DNA of 63,804 nt, the filler included, from Octopus bimaculoides (taxonomy: Eukaryota): assembly GCF_001194135.2 (NCBI RefSeq). It is 10 parts of 8 records of this genome, joined end to end, with 100 filler letters (N's around TTAATTAATTAA, not from the genome) between each part and the next. Parts side by side here need not be neighbours in the genome. Positions count along the whole stretch, not along the records: positions 2,874 to 20,257 come from NC_068989.1; positions 20,358 to 32,685 come from NC_068992.1; 8 more parts are not named here. One strand, 5' to 3'. Numbering within the stretch: the first letter of the stretch is position 1; every line of letters begins with the position of its first letter. Shown one piece after another: positions 11,346 through 23,424 of this stretch. A program made the position numbers and the translations under genes. The notes beneath the pieces were generated by a model. That model searched no databases. It saw nothing but the letters and a program-made list of their open reading frames with translations, and had not been told where the DNA came from.

Positions 11346-12689
11346 TATTGAAGTAACTGAAACATTTCTATAAAATCTAAATAGATAAGAAAATTATTTT
11401 AAAACATTTAATAATCTTTGAAAAATTTATAAGAAAAAAATCGAAACTTACTTGACAGTGTAACAGGCAAATACAATGGTTAATGAAACAGTTCTATGGT
11501 GGTTGCAATGATATCACTGGAGATTACGCTGATACAAAAAATATCGGATGTAATAATGTATCTGTTAATACAAAAAATCTTGGAATTAAAAATGCATCTG
11601 TTAATACAAGAAATATTGGATGTAAGAATGTATCTAACACATGATTGTAACAATATACATTTGAGATTCTAATGACAAAGCTCAGCTCAATGTTGAAACA
11701 GCTAAGAGGTGTTTAGGGGATTTTATGAAACGATGTTTTTAATGTTTTTAACTATTTACACCATTGATCGTAAAGAAATTGCGCAGGTAGTTGAGATGAG
11801 ATCTCAGTGGTGGCTCTAATGATACAACTCTGTGATGTTTGTCAAGAAACGACTCAGTGATGGTTGCAAATATGCTAAATGCTGATTGTAATGAAATCCT
11901 ACAGGTCTTTCTAATAACAAGCTTCGTCGATAATTTTTATGGTATAACTCTGTGGGGATTATAATGATGGAACTCTTATGATTTTAGTGAAACAGAATAC
12001 TGTTATTTGTAATGACTCATAGCTCTCCTGGTGTGTAATTCACTGGTGTTCCACTCTCGGCTATATTTTTCTTGTAAACATTGACTTAAGAACGTTCGGG
12101 ATGAATACAAAAAGTGTTATATCTTACAAATATAAACTACTACAAAACTAGCGTTACTACTCCTCCTCCCGTGACCAATGGATATGAAAAGGAATTATAA
12201 CATAGAAATATTTTATAATCAAATTCGGATCAGTTTACATTTAATATCTTAGTCAGGTGGTTTCAATCGCATAAAACTTCATTCATTAAAAAGCAAAGCA
12301 AACATTTACTGGTTCACCTGAAAGTAATTTTAGTTTTGGTGATCTATTCTGTAAAAACTTGATACAAGGTAATATATTTAACATAGTATTTTGGATCTAA
12401 TGATTAAAAAAAAACTCACTTATTGCAAATTCAATGTTTCAGTGACGTACATATTCATTCTAAATACGTTCTGGCATATTCGAACGTAAACATGTTAGCG
12501 TATTAAGAATGAATCACTGTGTCTTAAAATCCTTTGGCCTCAATGAATGGAGTGCATTATCAGAACACATTATCTGAAACGAGAATCTGTTCTCCGTAAA
12601 CAAAATATAACAGCAATTTGCATATTCATTTCCAAAGCTGCCGGAACGTATTAAAAATATATATACGCGTCATTGTTTTAATTTTTGAT

Positions 12690-13020
12690 GCTCCTCGTCT
12701 GTTGTCGGTAGTTCATCGGTGTCCGACGATTACAAAGTCTGTGTTCTTAGCGACGAGAGCGCATGTGATACCGCAGTTCAGAGCTGGAAGCACACGGGCG
12801 CCCACATGTGTTACAATGTTAGTCTGTTGTCTGGATTAAGGCGGACGCTGCTCTGTGACGTCTGTCTCTTGCAGCAGCGAGACGCTGTCGCCGGTTCTCT
12901 TCGAAGGCAGCTCCTGCTCGTAGGGTGAGAGACCTTTACGCTGATCTGTCTGCGGTAGAGACTTCAGGTTCACGTGGAAAATGCTGATCCTTTTGAGGTT
13001 GGTTTGAGGTACCTCAGTTT
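12690..13020. promoter_or_regulatory. CpG-rich unique island, possible promoter or first exon
   Basis: About 20 CpGs in about 270 bp against an AT-rich background, with TGACGTC at 12856. I recognise no similarity to the window's repeats. Confidence 0.4.
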
Positions 13021-13736
13021 AAGCCTTTCCGTCTAGGCAACAATTTATTAACAGTTTTGTATTCATCAGCATGCATTAGCAAATAATTTGTTTGCTAGTT
13101 TCTCCAAAACAAAAAGTGCCATAATCCTTGTTCTGTTTCACTGATGCAGGTATAGCATCAACTGAAGACTCATAACCAAGATGAAACACCGTAATGTCTG
13201 AAAGACCCTTTTCCCCAATGAGTGTTGTGAAAATATGTTGTCTGAAAGTTGTTCTCCGTAGACGAAACACACCAACTATTAGCACATTCACGAATGATTC
13301 TGCCGGATCTTAATAATGAATATGTACGCCATTGTTTTGTCTTTTGCTGTTCTCTGTACATTTGACTAGTTAGTATCGCTGTATTTGCTATTGCGTGTAA
13401 AACTGGCCTCTATTCAGTGGAGACACTAAGCAAGTAAATGAAGCGAATTTGCATTTTTTCCGTGAACATTATCACCCCAGGTGACTTGCTTACAGATTGT
13501 GTCATGGTAGTTTTGGAGCCTTATCGACTTGATCAACTACAACTTCAACTTCATTGTATTTGAACGAAGCATTTTCTCTTGTTTAAATATATGCATAATA
13601 TTTGACATTAATTATTGTACACAGTTCCTCTTTTATCCTAATTATTATATTTTTATTTACTTTGTAGCTTCTCCATTACACAATATTTCATCTTTCTCTC
13701 GCTTTCTCATCTACAGGCGCGCGCGCACTCACAAAT

Positions 13737-13769
<33 letters not shown>

Positions 13770-16348
13770 AACACACCCTCATACACATGCATACATGCAC
13801 ACGTAAGTGGGGTCTGGACTGATGACGTCAGCAAATACTAATTTAGACGCGTGCCTGCTCTCATTTACCGTGAATTCTATCGTGGCGATCATATCCCTAT
13901 AATTTAGCATGCTATCTCAAACTTACTAATTCCGGGACACATCACGACGTTTCAGCATAATTTATATGCTGATAATGCTCCGTAACACCAGGTCGTACTT
14001 ATACACGGGCCTACTTTTCCACGATTTCCAATAAATTTGCTCGTGGGCTAAAGATTTAATGAGTAAAACCACATGCTACACGACAGTTGTACATAACATT
14101 AAGCTATATCGAAGTGTGTTTACATGACTTGTATCAAAAAAGAAAAAAATATACATGTATATTTAATGTAAGTGTATATGCGTTCCCTTTACCATAAGAA
14201 AGCATATACATAAGTATGTAAGAAAGATACGTTGTTACATGCATTTTAGTTTTTAAGCCAAACATAATCTAGTTTTATAGAGTTAACTTTATATTATTGT
14301 TATAGTTATCTACTGAAGGTACCTCAGGCTCGGATCAATGTTTGCTCGAGCTTACTGTGTAATAAATGGGAATAAGAAGAAATATTGTGAAATGGTTTCT
14401 GGATTATAAGATAAAGATTGAAAACTAGTTGTTAATAGAGTACGAAAGTAATATTTCCCGGGGCTACAGGAATGTTAATATGAACAATATAAAAACATAG
14501 CGAATGTTATCGAATGGAAGTAGAAAATGTCCTCAAGAATTATGTAGGAAGATAGCATATTTTATCTGTACTAATAGTATTTCTGGGAAGCAATATGCAT
14601 AAAGAAGCTACTGACTCTATTAGGTTGAGTTATATTCATATATATATACATATACACAAATAAATATATACACATAAAACATGCAGTACATATGAAAAGC
14701 TGATTAAGTAAAAAACAGAACAAAAAGTTATTAGAATTTCAATTTGTATTAGAATTTCAATATGTTTGGGTTTATTGTTTCAAACATGTATATTTAAAAA
14801 TTAGCAAGAAATTGATAAAAATTAAAATACATGTGGTGCTAGCTGAACTAAATGTAAGTGTTCATCTACATCTGTATATTCCTTCTAAATATATTTTAAC
14901 AAAAATGTTTACCCTTCATTGAGCGATGTACAGGTAGATGTTTCTTCTTCTTACATATACATATTGTCGTAGCTTCCTCCGTTTTAATTGACTACGGTAT
15001 TTATGATTCTGAGTGAGCATATGTGACTTCAAAGTGAGTATAATGCTTCTAAAGTAAGCTCAATTTACTTAAGTAAAACTGCTCTTGAAAGAATTTTTAT
15101 GTTCATGCACATAAAGAGTTGTTTGAACACTTCGCAACGTAGCGATAATTCACGTTTATTGTATGACAGAAGTTTGCATTCAAGATATTCATAACTGTTT
15201 GGAACATTTTCTGATGTATTCACCATGCTTATCGTGCATAAAATATGCATTACCAACAAAACTTTCTGTACATCACATTCATTTTGAAGTAAGAAAAATC
15301 CTGCAAGTGTTACAAAAGTCACTTGACAAGATGAAAAACAGTGCTAGGTGTCATTGCCAAACCTTTCTCGTCAAAATACTGGAAGGTGTTACAACCATAT
15401 AATAAACATTTTGCTCTGTTGTTTGGCTGATCATCACGTCATCTGGTATTTCAAATGATGTTATGATGTTTATGATATTTGAATTTTATATTTTCTTATA
15501 AATTATTATTATTATTTTTGTTTTTTGTTTTTTGCTTATCTCATTCTGAAATGAGTACTCAGACTTTGAAATGCCGAAGCTACATGTTGAAATCCTTGAT
15601 TTACAGTTGAAGAACCAAACATTTATTTAAAGGTAAAATCTACTCGCTAAGTATTAAATATACAATAGCAGTAGCTTGATGAAAAAAAAATTCACTTTAA
15701 TTTATGAGGCATAATAAACTTTATAGATTAGTAATGATAATATTCTAATTTCGATTTCCTTATATCTATGTACCCTTGTGATTTTTGTAAGAAACATTGA
15801 GTGTTCTTTAACAAGGGAAATAATTTTATTTTTAGAAATTTTATTTTTCTGTTTAAAGAACTAACTTTATTCACAATAATACTTCATTTTGAGAGGCGTG
15901 GAAAAGAGGAAGTTTTATTTAAATATGTATGCACATGAGTGTATGTGTATTGGTGCCTATTTAGCGATTAGTTTGTACATTTAAAAGTTTTTTAGTTTGT
16001 ATATTCAAGATTTTGTCTGGTTTTCTCAAGTAGCAATGTCTGAAACGGATATATTACATCATATTTCGCATTTGACTTAACCTAGACACAAGGTTGTCAA
16101 AATATTCGCTCGAACTAAAAATACTAGTGGCAATCAAAACAGATACGAAGAGTCATCTACATTTCTCGTCATTAATTATTTTGTCTACCAAACATGACTG
16201 TGCGGTTATGAAGTTTATGTTAGAAATACATAGGTGTAGGTTCGATTCCATTGTAAGGTACATTGGCTTAAGTGTTTTCTACAATATGCTCGAGTTGAGC
16301 AATACCAATTTTACTGAATTTGGTAAAGCAAAATATTGCAGAAGTTTA

Positions 16349-16422
<74 letters not shown>

Positions 16423-17570
16423 TAAAAAATTGATCACGACGAAACAATGTGAATAAAATACAAAGAGAACTGCAGAAGTGAAACCAAGACAACAGTTGAG
16501 GTTTTACTCAGTGTTCCCATCGGACTCGAAAGCTGACAGAAGCAAGGCCTGTGACAGTGTCTACGTGTGTGTGTGAACCAGATGTATGAGTGCGTGGATG
16601 TAGGTGTGCTATTTGTTGCATGAGTATGTGTGTGTGCGTGAGAATACGTGTATGTCACCGCCTACTGTATACGCGTGCTTGTGCGAAAGTGTTTAGAATG
16701 CATGTATGAGTGTGTGTGCGCGTATGTAGATTTTTGCATTTGTGTATAAACATATGAGAGCGTGCGAGTTTGTCTGGAAGAAGATATATGCGTGTGTGTT
16801 TTCGTTTGGTGTATGCTTTCGTTTGATGAATGCTGTTCTAGTTGAAACAGCGTTGGTAGACGGAGGAGGATAGGCGTTGGAATGAGGTTTGATGGTGTGG
16901 TGGGAAGGGAAGAGAGGAGAAGTATACGTACATAGATATATGTATGTGTGTATGTGTGTGTGTATGTGTGTGTGCCATGTTTAGATATGTGCGTGTACAA
17001 TGTGTGTATACATAGAAGTGTATGTGTATATGTGTGTGTGTTTGCGTGCGCGCACCAAGATTATGGTGGTGAATGGGGTTACAGGGATTGCATAAAGCTG
17101 TGTGGTCAGCCTGTAGTTTGCGTAGGCTTTGATGGTTAGGAACTCTGTTCTTGGTTGTGGGGTAGCCAGTCTTGGGGAGTGGCCACTATTAAGGCGGTAT
17201 ATGTAAGCTGTCGGCAGTCAGTAGCTTGAAGTTCACCAGGAGGGCGTACCCTTGATAGCAGTATAAGATTTGCTAAGGAAATGCAATGTGAGATATGAAA
17301 ATAATAGATATTATATCATACCTACGTATAAACTTGTATGTCTAGTTAAAGACGAAAGCATTTCACCGTGTCACTTGTATTCCGATATATGTTAGATGAA
17401 CTCATATATGAATCTAAATTATTCAAAAATTCTTTCTGAATTATCTGAAGATGTCAACTGAAGATGATTCATTGCCGTTGTGATTTTATAAGCGAAATAT
17501 AATCTCCGAGAATTTATCATGCAAAAGAAAAGTGTGATGATTAGCTGCATCTTAGATTTTGGAAATAAAA

Positions 17571-18080
17571 GCAGGAGTGGCTGTGTGGTAAGTAGCTTGC
17601 TTACTAACCACATGGTTCCGGGTTCAGTCCCACTGTGTGGCACCTTGGGCAAGTGTCTTCTACTATAGCCTCGGGCCGACCAAAGCCTTGTGAGTGGATT
17701 AGGTAGACGGAAACTGAAAGAAGCCCGTCGTATATATGTATATATGTATGTGTGTGTATATGTTTGTGTGTCTGTATTTGTCCCCCAACTTCGCTTGACA
17801 ACCGTTGCTGGTGTGTTTACGTCCCCGTAACTTAGCGGTTCGGCAANNNNNNNNNNATGTATGTGTGTGTATATGTTTGTGTGTCTGTATTTGTCCCCCA
17901 ACTTCGCTTGACAACCGTTGCTGGTGTGTTTACGTCCCCGTAACTTAGCGGTTCGGCAAAAAGAGACCGATAGAATAAGTACTAGACTTACAAAGAATAA
18001 GTCCTGGGGTCGATCTGCTCGACTAAAGGCGGTGCCCCAGCATGGCCGCAGTCAAATGACTGAAACAAGTAAAGGAGTAA
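17571..18080 (+). mobile_element. CORE-type tRNA SINE, full length, with internal (TA)/(TG) microsatellite
   Basis: A and B boxes, CACCTTGGGCAAGTGTCTT, internal microsatellite, 3' half and GTAAA(G/A)GA tail. About 110 bp is duplicated around a small N gap (assembly). Confidence 0.93.
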
Positions 18081-18599
18081 AAGCGTATATATATATTCTA
18101 ATGAAGATTTTGTGGTTAGGCGAATCTATTAAGCGTTGGATATATTTGATACCTATACAACTTATTGGCGAAGGGTTTAATGTATTCTTACACACAAGTG
18201 GTGAAATTACTTTGTGTGTAGTGCATGAAACCAAAGCAATATAAAATCTTACTGTCCTCCCCACGATGTCAGAAAGAGCATTACATTCTTCAATTCTCAT
18301 GGTAACTGAACTTACAGAACTATTCTATAGGGTACAACTGTAAAACCTCTCCTATTTTAAGCGACTACTTTTGAACTGCTAGTAAATATAGTTAGGTGAT
18401 AATGGTGTCTGCATGTAGTTACAATTAAATTTTTTTAGTAACAATTATGGCTTTAACTGGTCAACATTTTGCGTATTTTGTTGAAACGTTTATCGAGAAG
18501 TGTGAATCTAGGAGAATTTTTTTACATCTAATATAAACTTTTCATAAAGAATTCTTCTCTGAGCTTGTATCAGACTCCTGACTGTTCTATTTTCAGAGG

Positions 18600-19530
18600 A
18601 GGTTAATTAATGCACATCAAAAGTAATTTGGAAAACTATTAACATGTTACAGTTCCAATTTTGATCTGGGATCTGTGCAGAGCCATCCTTTGACGTAGAC
18701 TGTTTTTTGTTTGGCCTATGTATTGCTCTCCACGCTCAGAGCAGATTCTCCGAAGCACATGTGAAGTTGCTCTTCACTTTGAAACGTTGACTGTTTGAAA
18801 GAGAACTCTGATCCCTTAATTAGAATGACGCATATACCACCGTTAGGTTGTCCACATTTTTTTACTGACGGCTTCAGTGTTGTTGAGCGTATTCGGGCTT
18901 GTGTTAGGAGACTTTTCAGAGATGTGGGCTGTCTCTTGCTTTTTATGATGATGTGGGTTTGGAGAACTAAATTCATTCTGTGGTCCCTTTTTGGTAGGGG
19001 AATGTTTTGGATGATGGTGTTGAAGGCGTCATTGTTAAGAGGGTTGTGTGTGGAGATGTATGGTAGGGCTTTTGGTTGTAAATCCTTCTTTAATTTGGGA
19101 TGTCTGAGTTCGTAGATGTTGAGTTGTAGGGCACGTTGAAAGTATATGTCAATTAGTGACGGCGGGCTGTTCCTGGTGATGAGGTATTATTTTGTTCATG
19201 TAGACGTGTGTCCCTGGTGCTTGTATTAGAAACTATAGTACAAATCCTTTTTGTTGGGCTGAAAGAGATATTCATTCTAGTGTGTCTGGGTTAGCATGCG
19301 TTGAACGGTAGATATTGCTTGGAGTCCGTGAGCTTATAGTATATATATGTTTCTATTTCGTTGTTAGATTTCTTCATGAGGATGTCGAGGAAAGGAAGTT
19401 TTTGATGGCTATATTCCATCGTGAATTGAATGTTTACGTCAAGTCCGTTTATTAGTGCTTCAAATTCTTTAAGTCTCTCTATTCTTTAATGCCAAAGAAT
19501 GAAACAATCATCATGGTGTCTCTTCCAGTT
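18600..19530 (-). mobile_element. Penelope-like element remnant (RT C-terminal half + GIY-YIG endonuclease)
   Basis: WKRHHDDCFILW..IQFTMEYSHQKLPFLDIL..YYKLTDSKQYL, followed by EQYIGQTKNSLRQRMALHRSQI. Stops and frameshifts are present. Confidence 0.88.
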
Positions 19531-19724
19531 ATTTATCAGCCTCTTTGATTGTTATTGTTTTATCATCTTTTAATTTGTTCAACTCAGCTCAGTATTTTTT
19601 GCTGAAGTTTGGCTTGTGTTCTTGTTTGTGTGATATGAGAAATTCGAGATGTATTCACAGAAACGATCAACAGTTTTGTTCTTACCTTTTGAAGGAGTGT
19701 AGTTACTTCTATTTCGGACTAACG

Positions 19725-19761
<37 letters not shown>

Positions 19762-20190
19762 TATACACACGCTCACACTGGCACGCACACCCACACAAAC
19801 ACATGCGCGGACACACACAGACATATGTATTTGTGAAGTTGCAGTGAAGAAACCATTATAGCAAGACTTCATTTATTAATTAGCAAAACTGATCTCTTCA
19901 TTAATTGGAGTCGAGTTATATTCCACACGCAATTTGAAATTGACACCAGAATTGTATGTCAGGGTGTCCATATTACACACATTAGCTGGAGGTAATCCCG
20001 AAGCTGTAGTGCTTGTACTATATGTACATACACGCACGCACACGCACACGCACACACGCACACACGCACACACGCACACACACATGTATATATGCATATG
20101 TATATATATATACATATATATGTACATACATATATATACATATATCTATATCTATATATTTACATGCATACATGTATACACACACACACA

Positions 20191-20257
<67 letters not shown>

Positions 20258-21073
20258 NNNNNNNNNNNNNNNNNNNNNNNNNNNNNNNNNNNNNNNNNNN
20301 NTTAATTAATTAANNNNNNNNNNNNNNNNNNNNNNNNNNNNNNNNNNNNNNNNNNNNATATATATATATATATAACTGTATAAACATATATATATATATA
20401 TCCCCTCACACCATAGGAAAAAATAACAGAATACCTCATCACGAATTTTTTAAAGTTGGCATAGTATTATTTTTATTATTATTATTATTGAGTGAGACAG
20501 CAGTGCATGCCTGTTGTTGTTGTTGTTGTTGTTATGATTATTATTGTACCAACAACTCCTCAAGAAATAATTTCCACATAGACCCCTCCACCACATACAG
20601 AACTGACACGAACGCACCCAACAAATTTTAACATATAAACAGCTTCCCAAGCGCAACGAATAACGTTCATACCAAGGATCATGTATGCATGGGAATATTT
20701 ATAGATACATATATGTATTTATGTATGTATGGGAATATTTATATATACATATATGTATTTATGTATGTATCTGTGGATAGATATATATGTGTATGTCCCC
20801 GTCACATGTGGTGACAGTGTCTGTTGACTATTTTGGTGTGCACGTGGAGCCATCTGTGTATGTGCATCTGAGCACACATATATGTACTAATGTAGTTATG
20901 ATTTGTATCCATGTATATCTGCATATGGTTATGTATACATGCATAGTCATGTATATTGGAGTTTTTATAACTACTTATATGCTTTAATATACTTTTTGCA
21001 GGATTTTTTATGTATCTTATATTTTTATATATTTATTTTTCATTTTATTATTTTATATTTGTATTGAAGTTTG

Positions 21074-21211
21074 AAAATCTCTGAAGAGGCCTAGCGAATC
21101 ATGCATGTACCCCCATTACATCATTTTCATCTACTAATTACTCCAGCGTACGGGGGCTACAGAGATAGAATGGAGCATGCCAATGCTAGGCCGAAACAGT
21201 TGTAAGATTTT
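21074..21211 (+). ncRNA. Type I hammerhead ribozyme with extended stem II
   Basis: Stem I AAAATCT (21074-80) / AGATTTT (21205-11); core CTGAAGA (21081-87); stem II GGCCTAGC (21088-95) / GCTAGGCC (21185-92); GAAAC (21193-97); loop AGTT; cleavage triplet GTA (21202-04). Confidence 0.85.
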
Positions 21212-21391
21212 GTCCCTTCTCCAATTGCTAAATGTCATTTCAATTTGAAATCTTAATTGTGGATATGACATGGTATGTCATAAGTGTCAGTATATCGGGT
21301 TTTTTTTAAATTTAGTTATAAAATGCAGATTAATCAACGGAGTATAGTGTCTGCAGGTTGATGAGTACCTCATATCCCCCTCCATTTTATG

Positions 21392-21425
<34 letters not shown>

Positions 21426-23374
21426 GCGATTTTGTTGGTACTGACATTGAATACTTTAATGTGCTCGCTCCAGTTTCGAATATAATCATATAAATTCAAA
21501 TCCTGTTTTCTTTCAGAAGGGTTCCAACTTCAATCCTCTCCAATCGTAGTAATGAAATGTAAATCGATTTCAAGTCCTAGCATTTTGTACCTAAATATTA
21601 AAGCAACGCCACATTATGAATACCACCTCGAATGATATTCATGTTTAATTCATATAAGGGAATTATTTCAGTATATTTATATGCAATTCGGATTCCTATT
21701 TCACTCATTACCTTTTGTAAATGCCATTCCAGATCAATATGATAGGATCTTGCTTTAATAGATGTTTAGATTATATCGGTGTGAAAACCTCTCTAAATTT
21801 ATTCCAGACTTACCGTTGTCATTATACCATATTAAAGACTATTCGCTTCCTTTATGTACGCTGATACATATTTGTTTTCTTTTGCATTTACTATCTGATG
21901 TTGTTCGTTTTTCTCTCTGGCTTGATGGGAAATAATCTGAATAATATTTCTTTAGGTTAACAATCTATTTGCAGCCTTCTATTAACCCAGTTTTTCTTTT
22001 CACAGTCATGCTAAGCATGTATATTATCTGAGTGGAATATTCTGGCTTTTGGGTTCAGAGACAAATTATAAATTCCCTTATTTTCTCATGCTCATTTCAT
22101 CTTCTCTGCTGAAGTGTATCATGATATCTTATTTTGGAAAGACTAATTCTAACTTTCTTATTCATTTATTCCTACATGTCTTACTAATATTTTGCCTGTT
22201 ACATATAATTAAATAGAATCAGCAATAATGTATATCCCAAGATTTTGTTATTTTGGCGATGTGTTTGATTTGGGTTTTATGCATGAGACCTTTCAAGATA
22301 ATTCGAAGGGTTTCATCAACATTCTCTGCTCTAGGTAAATTCTAAAATACCAAAGAAAGTAATCTAAAATATAAATAAAAAAAATAAATGAACGATAGGA
22401 AAGGAATTATGTGCCAGAGAGATATAGAGAGAACTGGAGAAAAATAAGAGAAATAAAAAATGAAAGAATGCGTTATCAGTGAATTGACTTTGCAAATAAT
22501 TACAAGATCCTCGTTGGCGGGACGTCCATATAATACATTGCATCTGTTTCACACACACAAAGTACAGCTACATATATAGTTATTGACCAAACAGCATCAC
22601 TAAAAAGGGACGCTTCTTTTTCTCCAACGAAGATTTCGTTCTTACATGCATATATGGCATCTGCTCTGAATTAACAAAGAATATCAAAGTTTATCTCTGT
22701 TAGTATTCTACGCAGGAAATATTTACTAGAATGTACTATACATCGACTTCATACCCACATACATCTCTGTATAACATTGATTTTCATTTTAGCTTGCAGC
22801 CTCACCAATGCGAGAACTATGGTATCAGAGTGTCATTCGTTTCACGAAAACAACGTTTGATATGTTTAAAAAGCGCACTTGTTTACTACAACCTTGCCAA
22901 AAATGTTCGGTGCTTCATCGATGTTTAAAATAATCAAATCATTCACGGTAGATTACAGTAATATATATGCCAAGTTTTATTTTATTATTATTTATCATTT
23001 TGGAAAATACGGAGAATCTACAATTTGTGAATCAGCATCAATATTAGCATCGTTGCTGCAAGTCGTAAATCGATGGTCACATTACAACCACATAAAAGTA
23101 TTACGAAAAGTAATACAAAATTGATATTAAACATAAACCATCTTCCCAGTGTTAATTCTATGAACAATGCATAGGGGGCAGACACAACCCAAAACTAAAT
23201 GAAACGTATTATTAACAAAAAACTGGAATTCTTTCCAGTTTAGTTTCGGAGATGGAAGGAAGCCTTTCTCGGTAACTGTCAAGTGTTAATTCATCTACAA
23301 TAACAGTATTTCTATCTCGCGTGTTCGGCACGTATTCAGGTTTTCTCTGTGACACTTAGTTCAATTCTTACACC

Positions 23375-23424
<50 letters not shown>

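Noticed and set aside
13165-13205. CTGAAGA..GAAAC..GTA hammerhead-like spacing
   Set aside because: Neither stem II nor stem I pairs.
13946-13985. Hairpin followed by GAAACGTC on the minus strand
   Set aside because: No CTGANGA core precedes the stem.
17119-17140. TTGCGTAGGC resembling the miR-242 5' end
   Set aside because: The match stops after 10 nt and no pre-miRNA-length hairpin forms.
17739-17965. Tandem duplications flanking short N runs (also 44302, 44480, 45367, 45815, 47799)
   Set aside because: Identical sequence on both sides of small gaps is typical of unmerged contig overlaps.
19876-20000. Exon-like stretch (TASGLPPANVCNMDTLTYNSG.. on -, alternative frames on +)
   Set aside because: No consistent acceptor and donor pair, and no recognisable peptide.
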